The position numbers and the translations under genes were made by a program. This document shows, piece after piece, positions 37,211-46,481 of a DNA stretch of 64,000 bases (positions are counted from its first letter, which is position 1; each line of letters begins with the position of its first letter). This DNA is from an uncultured Candidatus Saccharibacteria bacterium (GTDB taxonomy: Bacteria; Patescibacteriota; Dojkabacteria; CAZCSM01). The notes beneath the pieces were generated by a model. That model did not search any database and was not told where the DNA came from. It saw only the letters and a program-made list of their open reading frames with translations. Location of the stretch: the NCBI GenBank assembly GCA_964501355.1, contig CAZCSM010000001.1, positions 10,873-74,872 of the forward strand, given 5' to 3'.

Positions 37211-37843
37211 TTAGCCATTAATAACTTTAAAAGTTTTTAGGTTTGTATCAACAAAAACAGTGAATTTTCCGTACACATTTTTTGTAACATCCAGATTGAT
37301 AATTCCGTACCTATAGATACCATCCTTAGCCTCTTCCAAACAATACAATCCATAAAACCCAAATTTCACAGATGTTTTGAGATAATCCTTTATCTTTTTT
37401 ACGGATATCTCTCCAATTTTGTTTGAAAAGATTATTAGTGAATGATTCTTGTAATAGTCGTTAGAGTAATGCGAATGTTTTTTCTTTAATTCATTAATTA
37501 TTTCCTCCGTGATATCTTTTTGTTGAAATTCTGTTACAGCAACCTGCTCAAAGTACGAGGGTATAATTTCTTTAGTATCTTGGTTTAATATTAAAACAGC
37601 ACCATCTTCATTATTATTATCCTCTTCATCCTTTTGTATCGGAGCAAATACAAGTCTTTGTCCATTTTGTCTATAAGAATAATCCATGACAACACAAAGT
37701 AAAAAAACTCCAAGAGCTTCACGATATAAGATTCCAGTAAGAGGTTCTTTTTCCCTTTTCATCAAATATTTGTCAGGGTCAAGTATCGAAGGTATTAGAT
37801 TCTTCAGTAATGCTAATTTGTGTATTAGTTTTATTTCATTCAT
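37211..37843 (-). CDS. Hypothetical protein (210 aa) translationally coupled to hsdS
   Basis: The start ATG overlaps the hsdS stop (TAATG). I recognised no motifs. Confidence 0.45.
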   Translation of the reverse strand: MNEIKLIHKLALLKNLIPSILDPDKYLMKREKEPLTGILYREALGVFLLCVVMDYSYRQNGQRLVFAPIQKDEEDNNNEDGAVLILNQDTKEIIPSYFEQVAVTEFQQKDITEEIINELKKKHSHYSNDYYKNHSLIIFSNKIGEISVKKIKDYLKTSVKFGFYGLYCLEEAKDGIYRYGIINLDVTKNVYGKFTVFVDTNLKTFKVING

Positions 37844-39009
37844 TAGTTCAAGTATGTCTGCACTAAATTATTAAAGTTATTCTCAATTGCTTGAAGTTGA
37901 TTTTTCATTGATTTCCGAATGTTTTCTTTTTTTTGTATTATAGAAATATACTTCTTTTGGACAATGATTGGAGGACAAATGAATTTAAACTTTTTAAATT
38001 CCGTCATTGGTGGAAAATTAGGGATTCCACTTCCGATTTTGTTTTCAAAGTACATTTTCTTGAAGTTTTTGTTTGTAAAGACTGATAAAAAGAATTCATT
38101 TAACATAATTGACTCATCCAATGTCACTTTTAACAGAGCTTGATTAATGATCCCTTTTAATGCCCCTTGAGGTACTATAGCTAATTTCCCAAGATAAACA
38201 CCTGAACAGCTAATAATAATATCGCCTGGATTGACCTCAAACATCTTCATTTCATTAAATTTTTTCTCGTCAATAAAATATCTCGCCATACTAAATTCAT
38301 TATTTAGTGCATGATATTGTTCATAAACCAAGTAACCATTATCTTTAAAAATATCTTTTTTCAAAGCACCACCAAAAGGACCACGTTTGATCGAGTATTT
38401 ATCCTTTTTAACTATCTCTTCAATGGTTTTCATTTCCCATCCTTTAGGATTTTTTACAGGGTCACCAAACATATCCAAGAACACAGATTTTAAATACTCA
38501 TCAAGTAATTCAACAGCTTCTTTTCTCTTTTCAACTAAAGAGTTTGCTTTGTCTAAGATTGAAACAATGCGTTTTTGTTCAGAAAGTGGAGGAAGCGGAA
38601 TCATTATTGATTTTAAGTCAGATTGTGTAATTGAAGAAAAAGTAGATCCCCTTGCTTTATTTATGAGCTCACGCTCAATAAACCTTAAGTAATACAACAA
38701 GTACTTGAAATACAATTTTTCACCAGATCTAATTGCACTTAAACCTCGCCCTATACAAGCTTTTATATCACATATGTTTGTTGGACCGACTGGTGCTCTA
38801 ACAGAAATAAGAACATCATTTTCATTTGCGATCTTGATTGGTTCTGAACACCAAATTCTAGCTTTTGGGTATAATTGCCCAAAATCTGCTTTTCCTTGAA
38901 AAAAAGGCAAGCCACTTGGGGTTGTATTGTAGGTTTTAGATGAAGGCGATTGTCCTGCAATAACTTCAGCAACTTCTTCTAATTTTACTTTTTTCCAATT
39001 ATTTTTCAT
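37843..39009 (-). CDS. hsdS: Type I restriction-modification specificity subunit HsdS (two TRDs)
   Basis: It has two target-recognition halves separated by conserved spacer motifs (LPPLSEQKRIVSILD...; SGIPNFPPMTEFKKFKFICPP). Confidence 0.8.
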   Translation of the reverse strand: MKNNWKKVKLEEVAEVIAGQSPSSKTYNTTPSGLPFFQGKADFGQLYPKARIWCSEPIKIANENDVLISVRAPVGPTNICDIKACIGRGLSAIRSGEKLYFKYLLYYLRFIERELINKARGSTFSSITQSDLKSIMIPLPPLSEQKRIVSILDKANSLVEKRKEAVELLDEYLKSVFLDMFGDPVKNPKGWEMKTIEEIVKKDKYSIKRGPFGGALKKDIFKDNGYLVYEQYHALNNEFSMARYFIDEKKFNEMKMFEVNPGDIIISCSGVYLGKLAIVPQGALKGIINQALLKVTLDESIMLNEFFLSVFTNKNFKKMYFENKIGSGIPNFPPMTEFKKFKFICPPIIVQKKYISIIQKKENIRKSMKNQLQAIENNFNNLVQTYLN

Positions 39010-39177
39010 TTTTTGGTTTTTCTGTCTTTGTTACTGTTTGTATCTGTTGTGATGGATTTGGTTTCGGATTAACAACCTGAGTATTAGTAGGAGTTGTTTC
39101 GCCTAAATCCACAGATTGGATAGGTTCACTGGGTTTTGGTGGTGGATTAGTCGCTTGCGTATTTGGTTTCTTTTTAC

Positions 39178-39696
39178 TCATAGTACAACAATAAAAATTA
39201 AGCAATATATAAGAGAAAATATAAAGTTTATTATCAATACATATTCAGAACGCTTCATCCATTTAGTTTTTGTTTCTAAAGATTTAATATTTTCGTTATA
39301 TGCAACTTCTAAACTATCCGATATTTCTTTATCAATTTCATCAATGCTCTTGCTACTTTTATCAACAGCTCGTAGTTCCTTTGGACTATAACCAAAGCAA
39401 AAACTTCTCGACTTAATTGTTATAAAGAAACAAATTATGTTTGAGACTAAGGAAATAATTAGGAAAGAACTGATAATTTTGATAATTACTTCAGTACATC
39501 CTTCAAACTTAGGTAATGCTATTGCAAGAACCCCAAAAATTACAGCAACAAATATTGCCAAAATTGAAATGAATGTTTGAGATTTTGAGTCCATTGAATT
39601 AAAACTGTCTGCTTGATGTTGCAGGGCATGCTTAGATACGTCAATGTATCTAATAAGTACCTCATTTAGTGTTTTATGATTATTACTTGATTTCAT
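39178..39696 (-). CDS. Small membrane protein (2 to 3 TM helices) embedded between hsdM and hsdS
   Basis: The TM segments are FISILAIFVAVIFGVLAIAL, IIKIISSFLIISLVSNIICFFI and YVLIINFIFSLIYCLIFIVVL. The start lies 14 nt inside the hsdM 3' end. Confidence 0.5.
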   Translation of the reverse strand: MKSSNNHKTLNEVLIRYIDVSKHALQHQADSFNSMDSKSQTFISILAIFVAVIFGVLAIALPKFEGCTEVIIKIISSFLIISLVSNIICFFITIKSRSFCFGYSPKELRAVDKSSKSIDEIDKEISDSLEVAYNENIKSLETKTKWMKRSEYVLIINFIFSLIYCLIFIVVL

Positions 39697-41206
39697 TTTT
39701 TAGTTCCTTTATTCCTAGAATAATTTCCTCTTCGAGTTTTTCAATTTTTTCCAAGATAACTTTCGGATCTTCATACTTTACCTCCTCATATTCCATCTCT
39801 TTATATCTGTTGATGCTTAAATCGAAATTATTATCTTCGATCTCATTTTTTTCTACATAAAAAAACTTACTTTTACGATTGTTATCTACTTGATCTTTTC
39901 GTGATTTCCATTTTGCGACAATATCAGGTAAGTCACTATTATTAAGTTTTGTCCTTTTATCATCAAGACTAAAACCATCAGACTGCATATCATAGAACCA
40001 CACTTTGTTTGTTTCGCCCCCTTTAACGAATATCAGTATTGCTGTACTTACTCCTGCATAGGGCTTAAAAACACCACTTGGCATCGAAATAACTCCTTGC
40101 AATTCACAATCGTTTAGAAGCATTTTACGAGCCATTTTATGAGCATTGCTTGATCCGAACAACACACCATCTGGGACAATAACACCTGCACGACCTCCGA
40201 CTTTTAGTGATTTGATAATTCTGTTGATAAAAAGTAACTCTGTTTTTGTCGTTGGTAATGATAATGATTCGTTAATGTCTCCTTTATCAATACTTCCTTT
40301 AAATGGGGGATTTGCCATTACTACATCGAAAGTATTATCTTCATCGTATTTTTTAGAGAGTGTATCTTTTTGTGATATATTGGGATTCGTTAATCCATGC
40401 ATCATTAGGTTCATTAAGCCGATTCTTACCATTGTTTCATCCATATCGTAACCATAGAATGTTTTTTCTTTAAGAAGTGTCCATTGTCTATCATCAGTTA
40501 ACATGTCTCCAAGTGTACCTCGAGTTAATCCATTTTCATCCTTTTGGAGATGCTCTTTGCTAGTGTAAGCGGTAAGTATATGTTGATAAGCTCCAAGTAA
40601 GAAGCCTCCTGTACCACAGGCAGGATCACAGATCGTATCACCAAGCTTAGGATCAACAAGTTCACAAATAAGCTGGATAATATGTCTAGGAGTTCTGAAT
40701 TGACCGAGTTTACCTGCACTGGTTATCTCTGATAATAAATATTCATATAAATCACCTTGTGTATCTTGAAAACCTTGTCCTTCTGACTCCTGTTTTGAAA
40801 TTTCATTAAATATTTCATCAATAATTCCCACAGCTTCAACAAGTAATGAGGGTTTTGAGATAATAAAAACTGCATTACTCATGTGTTTTGCAAATGAACT
40901 CCCTTCTTTTCCTAACGTCTTTAAAAATGGAAAAACTTTAGTTTGAACGTGTGTAAGCATTTCCCCACCTTCCATCTGTTTGAAATGACTCCATTTCATG
41001 AGTTCGTTTTCACCATCAAAGATTGATTTGTAACCTTCTCCAGTAAATTCAGCATCAAGTTGTTTCTTTTTATCTAGTTCGTCAAGACGTTTCATAAACA
41101 AAAGGTAGGAAATTTGTTCTATAGCAGAAAGGGGATTGCTGATTCCTCCTGACCAGAATTTATCCCAAAGTCGTGATACTTGTGATTTTATTGTTGTATT
41201 AAGCAT
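39683..41206 (-). CDS. hsdM: Type I restriction-modification DNA methyltransferase subunit HsdM (N6-adenine)
   Basis: The N-terminal HsdM_N region is present. The motifs are FRTPRHIIQLI, DPACGTGGFL (motif I) and VMANPPF (motif IV). Confidence 0.9.
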   Translation of the reverse strand: MLNTTIKSQVSRLWDKFWSGGISNPLSAIEQISYLLFMKRLDELDKKKQLDAEFTGEGYKSIFDGENELMKWSHFKQMEGGEMLTHVQTKVFPFLKTLGKEGSSFAKHMSNAVFIISKPSLLVEAVGIIDEIFNEISKQESEGQGFQDTQGDLYEYLLSEITSAGKLGQFRTPRHIIQLICELVDPKLGDTICDPACGTGGFLLGAYQHILTAYTSKEHLQKDENGLTRGTLGDMLTDDRQWTLLKEKTFYGYDMDETMVRIGLMNLMMHGLTNPNISQKDTLSKKYDEDNTFDVVMANPPFKGSIDKGDINESLSLPTTKTELLFINRIIKSLKVGGRAGVIVPDGVLFGSSNAHKMARKMLLNDCELQGVISMPSGVFKPYAGVSTAILIFVKGGETNKVWFYDMQSDGFSLDDKRTKLNNSDLPDIVAKWKSRKDQVDNNRKSKFFYVEKNEIEDNNFDLSINRYKEMEYEEVKYEDPKVILEKIEKLEEEIILGIKELKNEIK

Positions 41207-44018
41207 ATTGTAATAAATTTTGAGTTAAAACTAATATTTCATCACGAAGTTTTGGAGAAAATAATCCCAAAATTCCGTTTTCATGTATTTTTGTAAATGG
41301 CTCTTTTACTAAGTCTTTCTTTTCAAGTGTTCCATTTTCGATTATGTAATTCTGTAATGTTTGCAAAAACTGAATTTGCTTAACATTCATGTTGTTATGT
41401 TCTGCAATAAATTCAGCAAAAGCTTCACTAACCTTATCAGAGAACGTCACAAGGCTTCCAATACCCATAATGTACTTTATTAAATCAAGGAATTTCACTT
41501 TCCTTGCGTCATAGGCTTTTTGTAGATTCTCCTCTGTCGGATATGGTTCATATTCCCCTAATTTGTCTGACAGCTCTTCAATTTCTTCACCAGTAACTTG
41601 TTCTCCAAGTTTAATTTTTTTAAGTGTATCGTTTTCTTCCTCAAGCTTTTTAATTAATGTTTCAACTTTTTCTCGATACTTCTGAATTGTTAGTCTTTCG
41701 TGAGAAGGACCAAATTTAATATATTGCTTTTCAATAGTTGCATCCTTAAGATCAAGAAACGTTTGATCAGGTTTAATACCTTCTTCTCTATATTTCATAA
41801 GTGGAGCTACTTCTTCTGATAATTTGTCCAATGCCTCTTCATCAGCTTTCTGCAAATAATTATATTGCAGTACATCACCGATAATGTCAGCGTGTACAGC
41901 GACCTTTTCAATGGTCAAAGGTAAATCATCAACCATCTCAATAATTGCTTCTTCAAGTGTTTCTTTTTTCTTATCAAATTCAGGATTATTTGCTAATTTT
42001 AAAATAGAGTAATTCAGAATTTTTAATTCAAAGCTCATTGCCTTAAAATCTTCACCTGTTCGAGTTCGCATAAGTGGTGCTATTTCTTTTTGAAGGAATA
42101 GTATTTTGTCGTTGTCTATCTTTCGCCAAAAAGCATCATTTATCTTTTCAATTTTCCCTTTAGACTCAAGCACAACAACATTATTTTCTGGAAGTTTTGT
42201 AATATCGCTTTTAATTTTTTCAATAATCTTTTCAACTAATAAGTCATTTCCGATTTCTCTTGCGTAGTTTAATTTATCGATTCGGGTTTCAAATAACCTA
42301 ACTGGTATAGGTTTTGTTAATTTCTCGGTCTTACCCTTGGGATTCATCTGAAAATAATCAAAGTTGTCCCAACAATCCATAATCAGAAACTTATCTTTTT
42401 TAGTACACCATGCTTTGATTTTCTTTTGTTCAAGAAGTCTTGTTCCTCTGCCAATCATTTGCCAAAATTTGGTATATGAAAAGACAGGCTTTGCAAAGAC
42501 TAGATTTACAAGCTCCCTACAATCAATACCTGTATCAAGCATATCTACACTAATTGCGATTCTTGGAAAGTCATGATTTATAAACTGATCCAGCAGTCCA
42601 CCTTTACCATAAACCCTCGGATCATCTGAAACAATTACTTTTGCAATATTCCCTTTATGTTCTGGGTAAAGGTTGTTAAATACATCTTCAAGTCTTCGTG
42701 CATGCTTCATTGTCATAGCAAAGAAAATGGTTTTGCCAGGTAAAGTTCCGCTATCATCCTTGATACATTCCTCCATGAACTCTTGAACAATCAAGGCATT
42801 TGTACCTTTGTTTGTAACCTTCTTTTCAAGATCTGTCCCTTCAAAGTTAATTTCTTCTGGTTCTTGTCCGTCAGCAAGTAATTTCTTTTGTTCATCAACG
42901 GTTATGTTGTTTTTTCTAATTCCTTCTTTTTGAAATTTGGTTTTGATTTTGAATACTTCAAAATCTGATAAATAAGGAGGTTTATTGTTTATAGCTTCTT
43001 CATATGAATATGCATAGGTTGGAAGTCCATCATCACATTCAAATAAATGAAAAGTATTATGTTCAACAACATCTTTCGGGGTTGCAGTTAAACCTATTTG
43101 AATACAGTCAAAATAATCAAAAATGTTCTTATAGACATTATAAATCGACCTATGACTTTCATCTGCAACTATCAAATCAAAGAAATGTGGACTGAGTTTA
43201 CAATCTTTATTCTGAATAATATTCAGCATCGTTGGATAAGTCATTGCATAAACACGTCTATCAAGTGCAATCTCACTTTCACCAACTTTTGGATAGATTG
43301 GTGCATTTGGTAAAAACTCCTTAAATGCGTCAAGTGCCTGATTTCTAAGTGCTATTCTATCGACTAAAAACAATATTTTTTGAACACGATTAGTTCTCAT
43401 TAGGACATCAATCATTGCAACACATGTTCTAGTTTTACCCGTCCCTGTAGCCATAACAACTAATGCTTTCCTTTTACCTTTTTCAATCGATTCAAACACA
43501 CTTCGAATAGCTTCAATTTGATATGGTCTTCCTGATATATCACGATTAATAAGTTCATGTGACAAAGGTTTCTCATTCTTACGTAAAAACGCCAACCTTT
43601 CTAAATCTTGCTTTGTTGGAAAACCATAAACTTTTCGGGGTGGATATTTTTCTGTATCCCAAAAATAAATATCGTAACCGTTCGTGTAAAAGACAAAAGG
43701 CATTTCACCTCCTGTTGTTTCTTGAATCTTTTCTGCATATTGCTTTGCCTGTTCTTGCCCAATTCTTGCATCTTTAGAAGTCTTTTTCGCTTCAACAACC
43801 GCTATTGGTTTACCATCATCACCAAGCAGTGCATAATCTGCATATTGATGTCCGCTATATTCAGTAACATCTTTATCGGCAAGTCCTTCTGGTAATCCAA
43901 CCCAAATATCTAGTTCGGAGGTAACTTGAGAAGGATTATTTACATCCCATCCTGACTTTAATAATCTTTTATCAATTATTTGTTGTCGTGTTTGTGCTTC
44001 GTTATGTAATGTATTCAT
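41199..44018 (-). CDS. hsdR: Type I restriction enzyme endonuclease/helicase subunit HsdR
   Basis: There is an N-terminal nuclease region. The helicase motifs are LVVMATGTGKTRT (motif I) and LIVADESHRS (DEAH-box). The length is 939 aa. Confidence 0.85.
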   Translation of the reverse strand: MNTLHNEAQTRQQIIDKRLLKSGWDVNNPSQVTSELDIWVGLPEGLADKDVTEYSGHQYADYALLGDDGKPIAVVEAKKTSKDARIGQEQAKQYAEKIQETTGGEMPFVFYTNGYDIYFWDTEKYPPRKVYGFPTKQDLERLAFLRKNEKPLSHELINRDISGRPYQIEAIRSVFESIEKGKRKALVVMATGTGKTRTCVAMIDVLMRTNRVQKILFLVDRIALRNQALDAFKEFLPNAPIYPKVGESEIALDRRVYAMTYPTMLNIIQNKDCKLSPHFFDLIVADESHRSIYNVYKNIFDYFDCIQIGLTATPKDVVEHNTFHLFECDDGLPTYAYSYEEAINNKPPYLSDFEVFKIKTKFQKEGIRKNNITVDEQKKLLADGQEPEEINFEGTDLEKKVTNKGTNALIVQEFMEECIKDDSGTLPGKTIFFAMTMKHARRLEDVFNNLYPEHKGNIAKVIVSDDPRVYGKGGLLDQFINHDFPRIAISVDMLDTGIDCRELVNLVFAKPVFSYTKFWQMIGRGTRLLEQKKIKAWCTKKDKFLIMDCWDNFDYFQMNPKGKTEKLTKPIPVRLFETRIDKLNYAREIGNDLLVEKIIEKIKSDITKLPENNVVVLESKGKIEKINDAFWRKIDNDKILFLQKEIAPLMRTRTGEDFKAMSFELKILNYSILKLANNPEFDKKKETLEEAIIEMVDDLPLTIEKVAVHADIIGDVLQYNYLQKADEEALDKLSEEVAPLMKYREEGIKPDQTFLDLKDATIEKQYIKFGPSHERLTIQKYREKVETLIKKLEEENDTLKKIKLGEQVTGEEIEELSDKLGEYEPYPTEENLQKAYDARKVKFLDLIKYIMGIGSLVTFSDKVSEAFAEFIAEHNNMNVKQIQFLQTLQNYIIENGTLEKKDLVKEPFTKIHENGILGLFSPKLRDEILVLTQNLLQYA

Positions 44019-44020
44019 AG

Positions 44021-44242
44021 CTAATTTTGAGTTTGTTTAATCAAATAATCAATAGTAACAGCTAAAGCATTTGCTATCTTTTCAAGAGTTTTCATTCTCG
44101 GATTGTTAACCATCCCGCTTTCTATTTTCGCCAAAGTAGTGTATGGAATTCCTGCTTTAATTGCCAACTGTTCCTGAGTCAACTTTCTTTCTAGCCTTAC
44201 TTTTTGTATAGATTTACCTATTTCCGATATCTTCGTCATCAA
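44021..44242 (-). CDS. XRE-family HTH transcriptional regulator immediately upstream of hsdR
   Basis: LTQEQLAIKAGIPYTTLAKIESGMVNNPRMKTLEKIANAL is the HTH_3 pattern. The stop lies 3 nt before the hsdR start. Confidence 0.7.
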   Translation of the reverse strand: MMTKISEIGKSIQKVRLERKLTQEQLAIKAGIPYTTLAKIESGMVNNPRMKTLEKIANALAVTIDYLIKQTQN

Positions 44243-44354
44243 GTATCTGCTAACAAAATAATATAGAAATATTTTACTCTCTTATGCTGAATATGTAAAA
44301 ACAAAAGCCAAATTCTTTGTCAAACTTTCTTAATGGCATATGAATAAAGAAAGT

Positions 44355-44404
44355 TTATCCACGCTAAAAACAAGAAAAGGCGGAAGTTTTTGACATCCGC
44401 CTTT
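44355..44404 (-). terminator. Rho-independent terminator downstream of 44411..44599
   Basis: The stem is aaaggcgg ... ccgccttt with a 12-nt loop. On the minus strand it is followed by tcttgttttt. Confidence 0.5.
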
Positions 44405-44410
44405 TACAAT

Positions 44411-44599
44411 TTAACTGCTATAATTCACTTGGCACTCTTCCGCAATCATATTTTCTACTTTTGTGAGTGGGAATAATATTTTTGCTCTGTTGAGTGCCTC
44501 TTTTTCACCTTTCGCATTTTCAATCAGTCCTATAAATGTTTTTTCATTTATTTCCTTGATTGTATTGTAAAGGGTATTGAGTATTAAGAAGTTTTTCAT
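44411..44599 (-). CDS. Small hypothetical protein (62 aa), 4-bp overlap with upstream ORF
   Basis: It is an intact ORF coupled to 44596..44985. I recognised no motif. Confidence 0.3.
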   Translation of the reverse strand: MKNFLILNTLYNTIKEINEKTFIGLIENAKGEKEALNRAKILFPLTKVENMIAEECQVNYSS

Positions 44600-44985
44600 T
44601 TTAATTCCTCCTGATAAAACTTATTTACACATTGAATTAATTCATTCCTTGCCTTTTCCCCGATAACATACTCAACATATTCTTTTGATTGATGTTTCAA
44701 GTAGTGGGCGTGGTCTTGTTCAATAAAGCCTGTTAGCTTGTACTGTGTATAGATAACAGTTGCTGTTAAATCCATTCCACAACCTGCTAGACCGCAGAAA
44801 AGTAGTCCGTCAACTTCAACTGGTATCATTCCGCACTCTCTGACTGTTTGGGCGTTTCGCTCTGTCCATTGTGTTTCATCAAAGCACCATAATGTATTCC
44901 ACATTACTTCTTCATCATCTTTCAATGTTTCCCAGTAATAAGGATTGATTTTTTTAATCCAATCAAGTGATAAAGTAGTAACCAT
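44596..44985 (-). CDS. Hypothetical protein (129 aa)
   Basis: This is an intact ORF. It has a Cys-containing segment (CGMIPVEVDGLLFCGLAGCGMD). I know of no matching family. Confidence 0.35.
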   Translation of the reverse strand: MVTTLSLDWIKKINPYYWETLKDDEEVMWNTLWCFDETQWTERNAQTVRECGMIPVEVDGLLFCGLAGCGMDLTATVIYTQYKLTGFIEQDHAHYLKHQSKEYVEYVIGEKARNELIQCVNKFYQEELK

Positions 44986-45046
44986 TTTAAAATTTGTAAT
45001 AATTTATATTTGAAGGTTTAACCGTCCCATATTCAAAGGTTTTCTT

Positions 45047-45340
45047 TCAGTTCATTAGCTCTTTTAGTGTTTTAGGCTTGAAATACATATCTCTTTCAAT
45101 TGGCAGTCCTAAAGCACCTTTTACGCTTTGTAGCTCAGATAAACTGAAATATCCGAGTTCTTTTTCAAACCCATCAACTAATCCGAAGAATAAATCTTCT
45201 CCATCAAACTCTGTTGCATACCATGTCCAGTTACTATCAGGAGTAAAAAACTTAACTACTGCAACCGCTTCAAGTCCTTTTTCTTCCTGTGAGTAAAGCT
45301 TTGGCAACTTCTCAAGAATTTCTTTTGTTAGCAATTTCAT
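45047..45340 (-). CDS. DUF2958-family protein (typical of conjugative plasmids/ICEs)
   Basis: VVKFFTPDSNWTWYATEFDGEDLFFGLVDGFEKELGYFSLSELQSVKGALGLPIERDMYFKPKTL matches the DUF2958 consensus. Confidence 0.6.
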   Translation of the reverse strand: MKLLTKEILEKLPKLYSQEEKGLEAVAVVKFFTPDSNWTWYATEFDGEDLFFGLVDGFEKELGYFSLSELQSVKGALGLPIERDMYFKPKTLKELMN

Positions 45341-45821
45341 ATAATTAAATGTAAAAACTTAAATATTTTATTCCTTACCTGTAGACCTCATTAGCTCAGC
45401 TCAATGGTTAGTAGTTTTCAGATAAGGCTATTCAATTGTTAAAGAGCTTTCTTTTAAGTAAGAGTGTTTCCCTTTCTTAACTAGAAAAAAGCGAGCCAAA
45501 ACGACCGTAGGGAGTGACGGCAGTATAAAAAGACAGATTTGACAAGGAGGAATTCGAAGAAGCCAATCCTTGCAAACCCAGAGGGTAGCAAGCGAATCCC
45601 GCAAAGCGGGAGAAGCGAAGCTATCTAAGGATTTTTATGCTAGACTTTTCGAAAGAAAGGGAAATTTAATGAGTGTTTATGTTGCGAAGCAGACCTTATT
45701 ATTTTGACTGTTTCTTTTTTACCAAGCTTTTTTATTTGCAGAGAGTACAAAGAAAAAAGCTTTAGGTGACTATTTATAAAGCTTTTAGTAAAATAGAGAT
45801 AATAAGTTAAGTGTTAAAAAT

Positions 45822-46475
45822 ATGAATACAAATTTGAAAGCAAATAAAATCTTATGTTTTGGTGATTCTAATACATGGGGCTATGTTCCCAAAACTGCGG
45901 AAAGGTATCCAAAAAACCTTCGATGGACAGGAATATTGCAAGCTAAACTAGGTGAAGATTATGAGATTATTGAGGAAGGTCTAAACAGCAGAACTACTGT
46001 CATTGATGATATAAAGCATATTGGAAAGAACGGCTTAACATATTTAGTTCCATGTCTTGAAACACACAACCCCATTGATATTATCATTTTGTTTCTAGGA
46101 ACAAATGATATGAAAGAACGATTTGATCGTACACCTGTTCAAATTGCTGAAGGGATCGAAACTTTATTGTCAAATATTAAAGATTTTGCAGTAAATACTG
46201 ATAGTAAAACTCCTGAAGTTATTCTAGTTTGCCCTACAATAATTGATGAAAGTGTTGACGGAGTTAAAGAAAAGTATCTTGGAGCTGAGGAAAAATCAAA
46301 ACAGTTGCCAAAATTGTACAAAAATATTTCATTAGAACATTCGATCGGATATTTAAATTTGCAGGACTATGCTACTCCTAGTAAAAAAGACGGATATCAT
46401 TTTGACCCTGAAACACATGAAATTGTTGCTAATAAGATTTATCAAAGAATTAATGAGATTTTCAATTATAATTAA
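45822..46475 (+). CDS. SGNH/GDSL-family hydrolase (esterase/lipase)
   Basis: Block I is ILCFGDSNTWGY (GDSxT). Block III GTND is present. The C-terminal DGYHF is the catalytic D..H. Confidence 0.7.
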   Translation: MNTNLKANKILCFGDSNTWGYVPKTAERYPKNLRWTGILQAKLGEDYEIIEEGLNSRTTVIDDIKHIGKNGLTYLVPCLETHNPIDIIILFLGTNDMKERFDRTPVQIAEGIETLLSNIKDFAVNTDSKTPEVILVCPTIIDESVDGVKEKYLGAEEKSKQLPKLYKNISLEHSIGYLNLQDYATPSKKDGYHFDPETHEIVANKIYQRINEIFNYN

Positions 46476-46481
46476 TTCCCA

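Noticed and set aside
38999-39205. 68-aa Pro/Thr/Lys-rich ORF as an independent gene
   Set aside because: It has a low-complexity composition, overlaps both the hsdS start and the end of the TM-protein gene, and has no plausible RBS context. I did not list it as a feature and mention it only as a possible frameshift extension in the findings.
45360-45440. tRNA-like start agacctcattagctcagctcaatggttagtag
   Set aside because: A D-arm cannot be closed because the loop is followed by ttagtag rather than a complement of tagc. There is no T-loop downstream, so this is not a functional tRNA.
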